Source: an uncultured Gemmatimonadaceae bacterium (GTDB taxonomy: Bacteria; Gemmatimonadota; Gemmatimonadetes; Gemmatimonadales; Gemmatimonadaceae). Taken from it: DNA of 64,000 nt. This document shows positions 31,053-45,033 of the stretch, piece by piece. The stretch lies in NCBI GenBank assembly GCA_963790305.1, contig CAWBOC010000013.1:64001-128000 (forward strand). Reading direction: 5' to 3'. The stretch's first letter is position 1. Each line of letters begins with the position of its first letter. The notes beneath the pieces were generated by a model. That model saw only the letters and a list, made by a program, of their open reading frames with translations. It did no database searches and was not told the origin of the DNA. A program made the translations under genes and the position numbers.

Positions 31053-31453
31053 GAATGCTCGTGATAGCTGGATTCGCCCTCGCGCTGTCGGCGGACCCGC
31101 AGGCCGCGATCGCTCGCCTGCGGGAGTCGTGGTCGCGTCAGGACGCCGCCGGCGTCGTGGCTGGCGTCACCCGTCTTGTGGTTCAGCTTCCGGGACAAGC
31201 GGCTACGGCGCCCCTCTCCGCGGAGCAGGCGGCGCGCGCACTCGACCGCCTGTTCCGTGACGCCACGGAGGTCGGCCTCGACGTCGATGCCGTCAGGACG
31301 ATCGGAGGCGAGGCGGTCTACGCGGAAATGCGGCGGCGGTTCCGCGTTCGCGGATCCGAGGACACGGCGGTGCAGCGCGTGTTCGCTGCGTTCCGGCTCG
31401 AAGGGGGCGAATGGCGCCTCGCGGAGCTTCGGATCGGTGTCGCGGGACAGTGA
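31049..31453 (+). CDS. Hypothetical exported protein (NTF2-like fold, tentative)
   Basis: Short hydrophobic N-terminus; ends ...GGEWRLAELRIG. Confidence 0.6.
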   Translation: MRMLVIAGFALALSADPQAAIARLRESWSRQDAAGVVAGVTRLVVQLPGQAATAPLSAEQAARALDRLFRDATEVGLDVDAVRTIGGEAVYAEMRRRFRVRGSEDTAVQRVFAAFRLEGGEWRLAELRIGVAGQ

Positions 31454-31471
31454 GCGAACGGGCGCTCTCAC

Positions 31472-31500
31472 TTGCGTCAAGCTGCTGCGCTGGCTATGCT
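31472..31500 (+). promoter_or_regulatory. Sigma70-type promoter of the rpmJ-rpoA operon
   Basis: TTGCGT-N17-TATGCT ending 42 nt upstream of rpmJ, in an AT-richer intergenic stretch. Confidence 0.7.
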
Positions 31501-31542
31501 TAGAGTCTTGACCGCAATTTTTCCGTTACGAGTGGAGTGTCC

Positions 31543-31659
31543 GTGAAAGTCCGCAGCAGCGTCAAGCCGATCTGCGAGCACTGCAAGGTGATCAAGCGGA
31601 ACGGCGTCATTCGCATCATCTGCAAGCGCAACCCCAAGCACAAGCAGCGGCAGGGCTAA
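31543..31659 (+). CDS. rpmJ: 50S ribosomal protein L36
   Basis: GTG start, (M)[37 protein letters not shown]; too short for the ORF track. Confidence 0.97.
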   Translation: MKVRSSVKPICEHCKVIKRNGVIRIICKRNPKHKQRQG

Positions 31660-31663
31660 TCAT

Positions 31664-32041
31664 ATGGCACGAATCGCTGGTGTCGACCTGCCGCGCGAGA
31701 AGCGCGTGGAAGTTGGGCTGCAGTACATCTACGGGATTGGGAAGACCGTCTCGCGTCGCATCCTGACGGAAACGGGCGTCAGCCCCGATACGCGCGTGAA
31801 GGACCTGTCCGACGCCGACGTCAATCGGCTGCGTCAGGTCATCGAGCGTGACTATCGCGTCGAGGGCGCGCTCCGGACGGAAGTCGCCATGAACATCAAG
31901 CGCTTGATGGATATCGGTTCGTATCGTGGCGCGAGACATCGCCGCGGGCTGCCGGTTCGCGGACAGCGCACTCATACGAACGCGCGCACCAAGAAGGGAC
32001 CGCGCCGCGCCATCGCCGGGAAGAAGAAGGTGACGAAGTAA
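31664..32041 (+). CDS. rpsM: 30S ribosomal protein S13
   Basis: [10 protein letters not shown]...[18 protein letters not shown]. Confidence 0.98.
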   Translation: MARIAGVDLPREKRVEVGLQYIYGIGKTVSRRILTETGVSPDTRVKDLSDADVNRLRQVIERDYRVEGALRTEVAMNIKRLMDIGSYRGARHRRGLPVRGQRTHTNARTKKGPRRAIAGKKKVTK

Positions 32042-32427
32042 TGGCTACCGCAAAGGGAACCAAGAAGGCGAAGCGTATCGTCGAGGCCGAGGGCGTGGCT
32101 CACGTCAACGCGACGTTCAACAATACGATCGTGACGATCACCGACTCGCACGGGAATGCGGTCGCGTGGGCGTCGTCCGGCAAGGCCGGGTTCAAGGGGT
32201 CCAAGAAGTCGACGCCGTTTGCCGCCACGGTGGCGGCCGAAGCCGCCGCGCGCGAAGCGCTCGGCCTCGGTGTGAAGCGCGTGCACGTCCGCGTGCAAGG
32301 TCCGGGGAGCGGACGCGAGTCGGCCATTCAGGCGCTCGCGGCTGCAGGACTCCAGATCCGGTCGATCAAGGACGTCACGCCGATTCCGCATAACGGCTGC
32401 CGTCCTCCAAAGCGCCGGAGGGTCTGA
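32041..32427 (+). CDS. rpsK: 30S ribosomal protein S11
   Basis: [30 protein letters not shown]. Confidence 0.98.
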   Translation: MATAKGTKKAKRIVEAEGVAHVNATFNNTIVTITDSHGNAVAWASSGKAGFKGSKKSTPFAATVAAEAAAREALGLGVKRVHVRVQGPGSGRESAIQALAAAGLQIRSIKDVTPIPHNGCRPPKRRRV

Positions 32428-32430
32428 CCG

Positions 32431-33066
32431 ATGTCGCGTTACACTGGGCCGGTCTGCCGTCTGTGCCGTCGTGAAGGCACCAAGCTGTTTCTCAAGGGCA
32501 CCAAGTGCTTCACCGAGAAGTGCCCCGTCGAGCGCCGCCCGTATGCCCCTGGGCAGCACGGTCAGAGCACGGCGCGCCGTCGCAAGTCTTCCGAGTACGC
32601 CAAGCAGCTGCGCGAGAAGCAGAAGGTGAAGCGCATTTATGGCGTGAGCGAGCAGCAGTTCCGCAACACCTTCGAGCGCGTGGCGAAGCTGCCCGGCATC
32701 ACCGGACACAATCTGCTCGCAGCGCTCGAGAGCCGTCTCGACAACATCGTCTACCGCATGGGCTTTGCGTCGAGCCGTAAGGCGGCGCGCCAGCTCATTC
32801 GGCATCGGCACGTCGAGGTGAATCAGAAGAACGTGGACGTCCCGAGCTACCTGGTGAAGCCGGGCGAGGAGATTCGCGTCCGCATGAAGTCGCGTGAGCA
32901 GGCGTCGATCCTGATGGCGATGGATCAGTCGTCGCGCGGCGCACCGCTCTCGTGGATCGCGGTGGATCGCGAGGCGTTCAGCGGCCGTATGCTCGAGCGC
33001 CCCGCGCGCGAGAACATTCCGATCGCGGCGCAGGAGCAGTTGATCGTCGAGCTGTATTCGAAGTAA
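32431..33066 (+). CDS. rpsD: 30S ribosomal protein S4
   Basis: MSRYTGPVCRLCRREG, LESRLDNIVYR, LIVELYSK. Confidence 0.98.
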   Translation: MSRYTGPVCRLCRREGTKLFLKGTKCFTEKCPVERRPYAPGQHGQSTARRRKSSEYAKQLREKQKVKRIYGVSEQQFRNTFERVAKLPGITGHNLLAALESRLDNIVYRMGFASSRKAARQLIRHRHVEVNQKNVDVPSYLVKPGEEIRVRMKSREQASILMAMDQSSRGAPLSWIAVDREAFSGRMLERPARENIPIAAQEQLIVELYSK

Positions 33067-33072
33067 GGAAGG

Positions 33073-33130
33073 CTGAATGCGGAATTCGGAATTCGGATAA
33101 GGACTTCCGCATTCCGAATTCCGCATTCGG
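33073..33130. repeat. Heptamer-based inverted repeat element (rpsD-rpoA intergenic)
   Basis: ctgaatgcggaattcggaattcgga...tccgcattccgaattccgcattcgg. Confidence 0.85.
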
Positions 33131-33229
33131 GTCAGGGACCGCGACTCCCTTACGAGCTCACCGCGCGTCGCGGGCGGGGTGAGGCGTTGCCGGGCGACAT
33201 TCCGGCATTGACCAGAGGGTCACACACAC

Positions 33230-34294
33230 ATGGCACAGACAATCGATCTTTCCGGCCTGGTTCGGCCGCAGCTCGTCGAAGCGACGAAGCGCGAGGACAA
33301 CCCGAACGTCGCCGAGTTCCGCTTGCAGCCGCTCGAGCGCGGCTTTGGGCACACACTGGGCAACGCGATGCGGCGCATGCTGCTGTCGTCGCTCCGCGGT
33401 GCAGCCGTATGGGCCTTCCGCATTGACGGGGTTCTGCACGAGCACCAGACCATTCCGGGCGTCGTCGAGGACGTGCATCAGATCATCGGCAACCTCAAGT
33501 CGCTGGTGCTGACGCTGCCCGACGATGTCGACGAGGCCGTTCTTCGAATCCAGAAGTCGGAAGCGGGTCCCGTCACCGCGGGCGATGTCGAGAGCGCCGG
33601 CGGAGCTCGTATCGTGGAGCCGGGCCACCACCTCTTCACGCTGCAGGACGATCGCGAGATCAACGTCGAGCTCTACGTGAACAAGGGGCGTGGCTACGTC
33701 GAGGCCGATCAGCATCTCCTCGATCGTGGTCTTCCGGTCGATCTCGTCCGCATCGATGCGATCTACAATCCGGTGCGCCGCGCGAACTTCGCGGTGGCCG
33801 AGACGCGCGTGGGCCAGCGAACCGACTATGATCGCCTCGTGCTGACCGTCGAGACGAATGGTACCGTGTCGCCGGAAGAGGCCGTGAGCTACGCGGCCGC
33901 GCTGGCGCAGACGCACTTCCAGTACTTCGCGAACTTCGGATCGCACTCGCCGGCGATGATCGCGGCGGGCGGTGAGCAGACGGGCGACGGCGCGCGGTTG
34001 CAGCAGCTGTTCAAGACGCCGATCGATGAGCTCGAGCTCTCCGTGCGCTCCGTGAATTCCCTCAAGAATTCGGACATTCGGACGCTGGGCGATCTGGTTC
34101 GCCAGACCGAGAGTCAGATGTTGCAGGTGAAGAATTTCGGCAAGAAGTCGCTTCAGGAGATCGCCGATCTTCTCGAGCGTGAGGGCTTGAACTTTGGCAT
34201 GCGGTACGAGGAGTCGGCGGAAGGCGTGCGTGTCGTGGATTGGGGCACACCGCCGAGCCGGGCCGCCGCGGCCGCTCCGGACGAAGAGGAGTAG
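33230..34294 (+). CDS. rpoA: RNA polymerase subunit alpha
   Basis: [46 protein letters not shown]. Confidence 0.98.
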   Translation: MAQTIDLSGLVRPQLVEATKREDNPNVAEFRLQPLERGFGHTLGNAMRRMLLSSLRGAAVWAFRIDGVLHEHQTIPGVVEDVHQIIGNLKSLVLTLPDDVDEAVLRIQKSEAGPVTAGDVESAGGARIVEPGHHLFTLQDDREINVELYVNKGRGYVEADQHLLDRGLPVDLVRIDAIYNPVRRANFAVAETRVGQRTDYDRLVLTVETNGTVSPEEAVSYAAALAQTHFQYFANFGSHSPAMIAAGGEQTGDGARLQQLFKTPIDELELSVRSVNSLKNSDIRTLGDLVRQTESQMLQVKNFGKKSLQEIADLLEREGLNFGMRYEESAEGVRVVDWGTPPSRAAAAAPDEEE

Positions 34295-34299
34295 GACAC

Positions 34300-34656
34300 A
34301 TGCGTCACCGGAAAGCAGGTCGGCAGCTCCGTCGCACCAGCGAGCAGAAGCTTGCGCTGATGCGCGGGCTGGCCACGTCGCTCATCGAGCATGAAGCGGT
34401 CGAGACGACGGAGGCGAAGGCGAAAGAGCTGCGTCCGTTCGTCGAGAAGCTGATCACGAAGGCGAAGGAGGGGACGTTGCACGCGCGGCGTCTCGCCGGC
34501 CGGCACGTGCGGAAGCGCGAAACGGCCGACAAGCTCTTTCAGGAGATCGGGCCGCGGTACGCCTCGCGGGCCGGCGGTTACACGCGCATTCTCAAGACGG
34601 GCCATCGCAAGGGCGATGGCGCGGAGATGGCGCGCATCGAGCTCATCGAGGGCTGA
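34300..34656 (+). CDS. rplQ: 50S ribosomal protein L17
   Basis: [37 protein letters not shown]. Confidence 0.98.
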   Translation: MRHRKAGRQLRRTSEQKLALMRGLATSLIEHEAVETTEAKAKELRPFVEKLITKAKEGTLHARRLAGRHVRKRETADKLFQEIGPRYASRAGGYTRILKTGHRKGDGAEMARIELIEG

Positions 34657-34659
34657 CCC

Positions 34660-34875
34660 ATGGCCAGCATGAATCGTTGCTTCACGTGCGACAAGGGTGT
34701 CGCATTCGGCAACAACGTTTCGCACGCGAACAACAAGACCCGCCGGGTGTGGAAGCCCAACCTTCAGGTGGCGCGCATCCTCATCAATGGCAAGGTCACC
34801 AAGGTCAAGGTGTGCACCAAGTGCCTGAGCGCGGGCAAGGTGAAGCGCGCACCGCGCGGCGAACGGGCGGCGTGA
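34660..34875 (+). CDS. rpmB: 50S ribosomal protein L28 (Zn-ribbon form)
   Basis: [30 protein letters not shown]...CTKCL. Confidence 0.96.
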   Translation: MASMNRCFTCDKGVAFGNNVSHANNKTRRVWKPNLQVARILINGKVTKVKVCTKCLSAGKVKRAPRGERAA

Positions 34876-34898
34876 TTGCCCGCTGCACGATCGTCTAG

Positions 34899-34927
34899 GA
34901 GGGAGCTGTTCGCGGCTCCCTCTTTTT
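34899..34927 (+). terminator. Rho-independent terminator of the ribosomal operon
   Basis: gagggagctg-ttcg-cggctccctc hairpin followed by TTTTT. Confidence 0.85.
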
Positions 34928-34931
34928 GTAG

Positions 34932-35990
<1,059 letters not shown>

Positions 35991-35992
35991 GC

Positions 35993-36949
35993 ATGCGCGC
36001 TCTCGTCACTGGGGCAGCGGGATTCGTCGGGCAATGGGTCGGACGCGAGCTGGTCGAGCGCGGCTGGGACGTCACCGGAACCTGTCTGGAGGACGCGCCC
36101 CCCGAGGTCGCACCTAACGATCCGCTGGCGTCGGTTCGATGGCAGGCGGGTGACGTGCGGTGCGCCGAGGACGTGGCGAGGCTGCTCGATACGGCGAAGC
36201 CCGACGCGGTCGTGCACCTCGCCGGGCTCGCGTTCGTCCCGGCGGCCCAGGCGGATCCGGGCGCGGCCCTCGAGGTGAATGTCATCGCTGCCGCGCGGCT
36301 TCTGGCGGACGTGAAGGCGCGCCGGGCGTCCGGCACGCTCGACCCTGTCGTGCTGATTGTTGGCAGTGGGGAGCAGTACGGGCGGCACGAGGCCGATGCA
36401 ATGCCGTTGGCCGAGTCGGCTGAGCAGCGCCCGCATTCGGTGTATGCCGCTTCGAAGGCAGCGCAGGAATTCATCGCGCTCGAGGCGTTCCGATCCTCCG
36501 GAGTTCGCGTCGTTGCCACGCGTAGCTTCAATCATAGCGGTCCAGGCCAGGCCGACCGATTCCTGTTGCCGGCGCTGGTGGGTCGCGCCCTTGGGCTTCG
36601 CGCGAGCGGCGAACGCGGATTGCCGATCGGAAACACCACGACCGTTCGCGATTTCCTTCACGTGCGAGACGTCGCGCGCGCCTATGCCGATCTGCTGGAG
36701 CGGGGGCAGTCCGGTGACGTGTACAACGTCGCGAGCGGGACCGGCGTGGATGTCGGGACGCTCGCCAAGCGCGTGCTTGCTCTGGTGGGCGTCAATGCGA
36801 TATTGAACACCGACGCTGCGCTGGTGCGACCCGTCGAGGTGCCGGTCCTCATAGGGGACGCCACCAAGCTGCGACGCGCGACCGGATGGTCGCCCCGATT
36901 GACTCTCGACTCCATCATCAACGATCTGATCCGTGCCGCGGCGAGCTGA
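35993..36949 (+). CDS. GDP-4-keto-6-deoxy-mannose reductase-like (Rmd, GDP-D-rhamnose)
   Basis: [37 protein letters not shown]; directly after gmd. Confidence 0.8.
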   Translation: MRALVTGAAGFVGQWVGRELVERGWDVTGTCLEDAPPEVAPNDPLASVRWQAGDVRCAEDVARLLDTAKPDAVVHLAGLAFVPAAQADPGAALEVNVIAAARLLADVKARRASGTLDPVVLIVGSGEQYGRHEADAMPLAESAEQRPHSVYAASKAAQEFIALEAFRSSGVRVVATRSFNHSGPGQADRFLLPALVGRALGLRASGERGLPIGNTTTVRDFLHVRDVARAYADLLERGQSGDVYNVASGTGVDVGTLAKRVLALVGVNAILNTDAALVRPVEVPVLIGDATKLRRATGWSPRLTLDSIINDLIRAAAS

Positions 36950-39900
36950 CCTGCACCGCATCATGCTGATCGGCTCCGGGCCGATCATCATCGGCCAGGC
37001 GGCCGAATTCGACTATTCCGGGACGCAAGCGGCGAAAGCGCTTCGCGAAGAAGGCTACCAGGTCATTCTCGTGAACTCGAATCCCGCGACCATCATGACC
37101 GATCCCGAGTTCGCTCACCGGACGTATGTCGAACCGGTGACGCCGGAGATCGTCGAGATGATCATCGAGCGCGAGCGCCCGGATGCCCTCCTGCCGACCA
37201 TGGGAGGCCAGACGGCGCTCAACGTGGCCATGGCCCTCGCTGAACGGGGCGTTCTCGAGAAGTACGGCGTGGAGCTCATCGGCGCCGACGCTCGCGCAAT
37301 CAAGCTGGCCGAGGATCGGGAGCAGTTCGCGGAAACGATTCGGCGAATCGGCCTCAAGGTGCCGATCGGAGGCATCGCCCGCTCCTGGGAGGACGCGGTC
37401 GGTCTCATTGATCGCGTTGGCTTTCCGGCGATCATCCGACCGTCCTTCACGCTCGGTGGCACGGGCGGGGGTATCGCCTACAATCGTGAGGAATACGAGG
37501 CGATTGTCGAGCGCGGTCTCGAGCTCTCGCCGACGCACCAGGTGCTGATCGAGCAAAGCGTGATCGGGTGGAAGGAATTCGAGCTCGAGGTCATGCGCGA
37601 TCACGCCGACAACGTCGTGATCGTCTGCTCGATCGAGAACATCGACCCCATGGGGGTTCACACCGGCGATTCGATCACGGTGGCGCCGGCCATGACCCTC
37701 ACCGATCGCGAGTACCAGAACATGCGCGACGCCGCCGTCGCCATCATTCGCGAGATCGGCGTCGATGCCGGCGGGTGCAACATTCAGTTCGCGGTGAACC
37801 CGCCGTGATGGCGAGATGCTCGTCATCGAGATGAACCCGCGGGTCTCGCGATCGTCGGCGCTGGCGTCGAAGGCGACGGGCTTTCCCATCGCGCGCATCG
37901 GGACAAAGCTGGCCGTGGGGTATCGGCTCGACGAGCTCGTCAACGACATCACCAGGACGACGCCGGCGTCGTTCGAGCCGGTGCTGGATTACGTGGTCGT
38001 GAAGTTCCCGCGTTTCGCGTTCGAGAAGTTTGCCGCCGCCGATCCACGCCTCACGACGCAGATGAAATCTGTCGGCGAATCGATGGCGATCGGGCGCACG
38101 TTCAAGGAGGCGTTTCAGAAGGGTCTTCGCGCGCTGGAGACCGGCCGGTCGGGATGGACGATCGGCCAGACGCTCGCTCGACGACCGACTCGCGGACGAC
38201 ACCATGGAGACGCTTCGCGGCGCACTTCGCCAGCCGACGCCGGAGCGCATCTTCCAGGTCAAGCACGGATTCGCGCGAGGCATGAGCGTCGATGAGATCG
38301 CGTCGCTCACCGCCATCGATCCCTGGTTCGTCGCGCAGATGAACGAGCTTTGGGAAGCGGAGGGGTGGTACGCTGCGCTCCCGTCGGTAGGCGCCGACGA
38401 GATGCGCCGGATGAAGCGCATGGGATTCTCTGATCGACAGCTCGCGGCGATTCGCGACGAGCCGGAGAGCGACGTCCGCCGGCATCGGTGGGCGCTTGGC
38501 GTGCGCCCCGCCTACAAAATGGTCGATACGTGCGCCGGCGAGTTTCCGTCGGCGACGCCATATCTCTACTCGAGCTATGACGAGGAAAGCGAGGCGGAGC
38601 CCAGCGGCCGGCGCTCGGTGGTCATCCTGGGGAGCGGTCCGAACCGGATTGGGCAGGGAGTCGAGTTCGACTATTGCTGCGTGCGGGCGGCGCTCGCGCT
38701 CCGCGAGGCGGGCTATGAGACGATCATGGTCAACTCGAATCCTGAGACCGTCTCGACGGACTTCGACATCTCCGACAAGCTGTACTTCGAGCCGCTCACC
38801 CTCGAGGATGTGCTCGAGATCGTGGAGCGCGAGAAGCCGTTAGGCGTGATCGTCCAGCTCGGCGGTCAGACGCCACTCAAACTCACGCGACCACTGGAGG
38901 CGGCCGGGGTGAACATCCTCGGCACGACGCCGGACGCGATCGACATCGCCGAGGATCGGCGGCGCTTCGAGGCCATTGCGCGCAAGCTCGGCGTGCTTCA
39001 GCCACCCAATGGCACCGCCACCAGCGTCGATGAGGCGGTCGAGGTCGCGGCACGGGTTGGATATCCGGTGTTGGTGCGGCCGTCGTACGTTCTCGGCGGT
39101 CGCGCCATGGAGATCGTGTACGACGAGCCCTCGCTTCGCGAGTACTTCGTGCGTGCGGTGCGCGTCTCCGAGGATCGACCGGTGCTCGTCGATCGCTTCC
39201 TCGAGGATGCCTTCGAGGCCGACGTCGATGCGATCTCCGATGGCAAGCGCGTGGTGATCGGCGGCATCATGCAGCATATCGAGGAGGCCGGTATCCACTC
39301 CGGTGATTCGGCGTGCGTGCTGCCGCCGTACCTCATCGGGGAAAAGGATCTGGAGACAATGCGGCGGCATACCGTCTCCTTTGCGGAGGCGCTGGGCGTC
39401 GTGGGCCTGATCAACGTGCAGTACGCGATCAAGGATCGCGTCGTGTACGTGATCGAGGTCAACCCGCGCGCGAGCCGCACGATCCCGTTCATCTCGAAGG
39501 CGACCGGCGTCCCTCTCGCGTCGGCGGCCGCGCGCGTGATGCTCGGGGAAACGCTCGAGGCTGCCGGCGTTACCGAGGAGATCGTGCCGCCGTACATCTC
39601 GGTGAAGGAGGCGGTGCTGCCCTTCAGCAAGTTCCGCGAATCAGACCCGATCCTGGGACCCGGAGATGCGGTCGACCGGCGAGGTCATGGGCATCGCCGA
39701 CTCGTTTGGCGCGGCCTACGCGAAGGCGCAGATGGGCGCGGACAACACCCTGCCGACATCGGGCGCGATCCTCATCACGGTGAACGACCCGGACAAGCCG
39801 ACGGTGACGCCCATTGCACGACGCATTCACGCGATGGGATTTCGCATTCTCGCGACACCGGGAACGGCGACCTATCTGCGCGCGCGCGGCATCCCGGCCG

Positions 39901-40181
39901 ATACGGTCATGAAGCTTCACGAGGGTCGCCCGAACGCGATCGACTTCATCGTGAACGGCGAAGTCCATCTCCTCATCAACACCCCGCTCGGCAAGCATGC
40001 CCAGCAGGACGACTACACGATGCGTCAGGCGGCGGTCGCTCACCGTGTGCCGTACACGACGACCATGTCGGCGGCGAACGCGGCGTGCGACGCGATTCTC
40101 GCGCTTCGATTCCGCTCGCTCAGCGTGAATTCGCTGCAGGAGTGGCACGAGCAGACGAGGAAGTTCGAAGGGGTGCGATGA
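36933..40181 (+). CDS. carB: Carbamoyl-phosphate synthase large subunit (frameshifts near 37805, 38180, 39660)
   Basis: [61 protein letters not shown] and MGS domain across four consecutive ORFs. Confidence 0.95.
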
Positions 40182-40222
40182 GTGTCTTTGCCGTTGAACA
40201 CCGAACCCGTTAGCGGTACGAG

Positions 40223-41339
40223 ATGCCCGTTCCACTCTTGGATCTGAAGGCGCAGCACGCGCTGATCAGGAACGATGTCGTCGCCGAAATGCTTCGCGTC
40301 GTCGACGAGCAGGGGTTCATCCTCGGTCCGGCGGTCGAGCGCTTCGAGCGGGCGGTCGCCGAGCTGTCGCGCGTGAAGCACGCCATTGGATGCGCCAGCG
40401 GAACCGACGCGCTGCTGCTCGCCTTTCGCGCGCTCGACATCGGCGCGGGCGACGAGGTCATCACCGACGCCATTCACCTTCTTCGCGACGGCGGGCACCA
40501 TCCATAACGTCGGCGCGACGCCGGTGTTCGCCGATATCGAGCCGGAGACGTTCAATCTGGACCCCGCGCTCGCCGCCGTCGTCGTGACCTCGAGGACCAA
40601 GGCGGTGGTGCCCGTCGACCTCTTCGGCCAGATGGCGGAGATCGAGCGGTTCTCGGAGCTGATGCCGAGGATTCCGATCGTCGAGGATGCGGCGCAGTCG
40701 ATTGGCGCCCGTCGCAAGATTGGCGGACGGCCGGTCATGGCCGGCGAGGCGGCGGCAATCGGGACGCTGTCGTTCTTCCCGACGAAGAACCTTGGCGGTT
40801 ACGGCGACGGCGGGATGATGGTGACCCAGGACGACGGGATCGCCACCCGTCTGCGCAGGCTCCGCGTTCATGGCGGTGCGCGCGAGTACTTCCACGACGA
40901 GGTCGGGTACAACAGCCGCCTCGACACGATCCAGGCTGCCGTTCTGCTCGCCAAGCTTCCCCACCTCGAGCGATGGAGCAGCAAGCGGCGCGAACATGCC
41001 CGGTTTTACGACCAGGCGCTCGCCGCGTGATACCGGGTGTCCAGACCCCCGTCGTCCGCGCCGAGAACGAGTCGATCTTCAACCAGTACACCATTCGCGC
41101 GGAGCGACGCGACGAACTGGCCGCTCATCTCAAGAAGAAGGGCATCGGGACGAAGGTCTATTACCCCTTGCCGCTGCACCTCCAGCCCTGCTTTTCACAT
41201 CTCGAACTACAAAGCGGGGGCCTTCCCGGAGTCGGAACGGGCGGCCGCCGAGGTGATCTCACTGCCTATTTTCCCGGAGCTCACCCCGGGGCAGCTCGAT
41301 GAGACGGCGTCCGCGATTCGCTCGTTTTATGGCCGCTAA
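40223..41339 (+). CDS. DegT/DnrJ/EryC1/StrS sugar aminotransferase (frameshifted)
   Basis: MPVPLLDLKAQ, SGTDAL, EDAAQSIG, SFFPTKNLGGYGDGG, GYNSRLD, YYPLPLHLQ, SLPIFPEL across several frames. Confidence 0.9.
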
Positions 41340-43338
41340 CCGCCGCGATGGCCAAGTCGTGAAGGGCGCGGAACTTGCTCTTTCCGACACGCCCAGCCGC
41401 GATGAGTCTGAAGACTCCAGTGACGATACGCTCGTGATCAATTTGCTCTTTCGGTACCGCACGGTACTGATTGTCAGTTTTCATTTCGTTCTCCTCCTTT
41501 TCAGCTACTGGATCGCATATGTCCTGCGGTTCGAGGGGTTCGTTCCTCGGCCGTACGTCGACGCGTTCATCCAGTCGCTTCCCATCCTGCTCGGCTGCCG
41601 CCTGCTCGCCTTTGCGCATTACGGCCTGTACCGCGGCTGGTGGCGCTACGTCGGCATGCGCGATCTGTACAACCTGATCCAGGCGGTGGTGGTCAGCTCG
41701 CTGGTGTTCACGGCCGCGTTGCTGTTCGTTGGCGGAGAGGCAACGGTGCCTCGCTCGGTGATCGTGCTCGACGCGTTGCTCTCGATCGTGCTCATCGGAG
41801 GCGTGCGCTTCGCTCTGCGAGCGGTGCGCGAGAACCGGAGGCCGAAGCAAGGACCGCGTCTGCGCCGCGTGATGATCATCGGCGCGGGCGACGCGGGCGA
41901 GCTCCTCCTCCGCGAGATGCACAACAATCCGCGGCTTGGGTACGTCCCGGTCGGTTTCGTCGACGACGATCAGCGCAAGATCGGCTTCCAGATCCATGGC
42001 GTCGACGTGCTCGGCACGTCGTCGGAGCTCCTCGAGGTGCTGCAACAGCATCCGGCGGACGAGCTGATCATCGCGATTCCATCGGCGTCGCGCGAAGAGA
42101 TCCAGGACATCGTCAACCGGTGCCTCAAGTCGACGCTCCCGTTCAAGATCATCCCGGCGATCGCCGCGCTGTCGGATGGCAAGGTCCACATGAGTCAGGT
42201 GCGGCCGGTGCGCGTCGAGGATCTTCTCGGTCGGGAAGAGGTGAACCTCGACACCACGCGGATCCGCGCCGACATTGCCGGACGGCGAGTGCTGATCACG
42301 GGGGCTGGCGGCTCGATCGGGTCCGAGCTCGCGCGGCAGGTGGCGAGCTACGGCCCGGCCATGCTGACGCTCGTCGAGCGCAGCGAGAACTCGCTCTTCC
42401 TCATCGATGAGGAGCTGCGCCGGAAGTCGCGCGGGCTCCCCGTCCATCCGGTGATCTGCGACATTCGGGATCGCCGCGACCTCGAGCTCCTGTTCAGCGA
42501 CACCCGTCCTGACATCGTGTACCACGCGGCCGCGTTCAAGCACGTGCCGATCATGGAATGGCACGTGGGCCAGGCGGTGGAGAACAACGTGTTCGGCACG
42601 CATAACGTGGCCGAGCTCGGCGGCGCAGGCGGGCGCGAAGCTGGTACTGATCTCGACCGACAAGGCCGTTGCGCCGAGCAACGTCATGGGGGCGACCAAG
42701 CGCCTGGCGGAAAAGATCGTGCTCTGTGCCCAGCGCCGTGGCAACGCGCGCTTCGTCGCCGTGCGCTTCGGCAACGTGTTAGGCAGCGACGGCTCGGTGG
42801 TGCCGCTGTTCACGCGCCAGATCAACGACGGCGGACCGATTACGGTCACGCATCCGGATGCCACGCGTTACTTCATGACGATCCCGGAGGCGGTGCAGCT
42901 CGTGCTGCAGGCCTCGGTGCTCGATGAAGCGGCGGACCGCATCGTCATGCTCGAGATGGGCGAGCCGGTGCAGGATCGTGGACCTGGCGCGCAACCTGAT
43001 TCGCCTCTCGGGCTTCGAGCCCGATGTCGACATCCCGATCGTGTTCACCGGGACTGCGCCCCGGCGAAAAGGTGCACGAACAGCTGACATCGGAGACGGA
43101 AGAGACGCTGCCGACGCGCTACGAGAAGATTCGAATCGTGCGCACGGAGGGTCCGGAAGCGCTCGATCGCGGCCTCGAGCAGTTGCGGGCCGCGGTCGAG
43201 TCACGCGATGAGAAGGCGATCGTTCGCCGGCTGCAGGAGCTGGTGCCGGAGTTCTCGCCGCAGGCGACGCTGTTGGCGAACCTGCGTGAGCGCGCGATCT
43301 CGCCCGATCCGCGCGCGCGAAGCCGATCCGCTGGGTGA
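41329..43338 (+). CDS. Membrane-bound NDP-sugar 4,6-dehydratase, PglF/CapD/WbpM family (frameshifted)
   Basis: Four N-terminal TMs, [65 protein letters not shown]. Confidence 0.92.
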
Positions 43339-45033
43339 TGCGCTTCCGGTCACGACTCGTCGCACTCGCCCTCGCCGCCTCACCTCTCGCCTCCGCGTCC
43401 GCCCAGCACGACCTCTTCACGCTGCCGATCGCCGACCCGGCGTATCGGCAGTTCGAGGGCTTGTCGCGCACGGGATGCGTTGCGGCGCGGGTGTCGCCGT
43501 ACCGGCCCTACCTCCTGAGCGCGATTCGAAGAGCGCTCGTCTCCGCGGTCCGCGACGAGGCCTGCCGCGGCGGCGATTCTCGACGAGCTCGTCCGGCGCT
43601 TCCGGCCGGACACGACCTCCCCGCGCCCATTCCCGAGCCGGGCGCCGTCCCTCCCGTAGGCCCGGTGATGCTCGAGGACATTGCCGAGCAAGCCGGAGGA
43701 GGAAGAGCCGACCGGGCTCGGCGTAGGCGCCGAGGCGGGCGTGCGTCTCACGTCGCTCAGTCGCGGCGTGGTACGCCCGCTCTGGCTCGACGTTCGCGCG
43801 ACGATCGCCGAAGGCGACCCCTCCGGCGGTCGGATTTCGGCACGGCTGCGGGTGACCTGGGACGGCGGCGACCGCATCGCGGCCGTGGCCGAGGCGACCG
43901 CGCAGACGGACGGGACGGAACGACCCGCTCGTGCGCGCTCGGAGCCTTCCGGCACGACGTCCGGGGTGTTCGACTTCACGGAAGCGTACGTCAACGCGCG
44001 GCTCGGGCGGGTGGCGCTCTCCTTTGGGCGGGCGCGAGAGGCGTGGCTGGGAGAGGGGGAGGAATCGACCGTGCTGTCCGGCGCATGGCCCGCCGCTCGA
44101 CCGCTTCCTCGTCACGGCACGATGGTCGCGTCTAGAGATCCGCGCCATCTTCGCCTCCATCGACGATGTCGTGCTCACCGTCGAGGAGGATTCGCTGGTG
44201 CCGGGAACGCCGCCGCAGCGGCTGCACCGGATGCTCGCGGGGCATGCGTTCACGATTCGTCCCACGCGAGGCTGGGAGCTGACGCTCGGGGAGACGGCGC
44301 TGCTGTCGCGGCGAGGTGGGGGCGTCGACCTCGCCTTCGCCAATCCGCTCATGCTATATCTCGTGACCGAGCACGACACGAGCTACACGGGCGGTTCGGC
44401 GACCGGGAACAATCTGACGGTTTTCGGGTCGACACGGCTGCAGCGGGGGCGGGTTCACGGCCGAGGCCGAGATCGTCGTCGACGACATTCAGATCGACGC
44501 GGCCGACCGCGCGAGGATTCCCCACCAGCTCGCCTGGCGGCTGTCGGGGACAATGGGGTTTACGGCGCCGTGGCCGGCGAGCATCGGGGTCGAGTATCGG
44601 CGCGCGGACAGCTACGCCTACATGCGGCGGTATTACTCCGAGGTGTATCACCAGTTCGGACGGCCCTGGGCACGGAGCTCGGCCCGGACGCGAACATGGT
44701 GCGCGCGTCGGCCGAGGTATGGCCGACCGGGCCGCGTCCGATTCGCGGGGGGCGTAGGTCGCTGGAACCGGGGCGCCCTACGGCTCACGCAACGACCAGC
44801 GCAGGCGGCGTTTGGCCACGCCGGCGAGCCGTATCCGTCGGTGAGCGAGGACCGACCGGCGGTCCAGGAGGCGTGGCTAGGTGACGCGAGTGTGGAGTGG
44901 CTCGACACGACGGCTGCCGGTGCGGCTGACGGTCGAGCTGGCGAGCATCGACAACGTGAACAATCAGCCCGGCGAGTCCGGGAATTTTCTGCGAGCGCAT
45001 CTTGTTGCGAGCTATCGTTTTCGGTATCCGTAA
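43335..45033 (+). CDS. Outer-membrane beta-barrel, capsule assembly Wzi-like (multiple frameshifts)
   Basis: Signal peptide; EAYVNARLG..LSFGR..WLG, H..TIRPTRGWELTLGET, ANPLMLY, LGPDA segments; ends ...HLVASYRFRYP. Confidence 0.6.

Noticed and set aside
33073..33130. Heptamer palindromes or the 59211-59340 array as CRISPR repeats
   Set aside because: No repeat-spacer periodicity, units too short, and no cas genes in the window.
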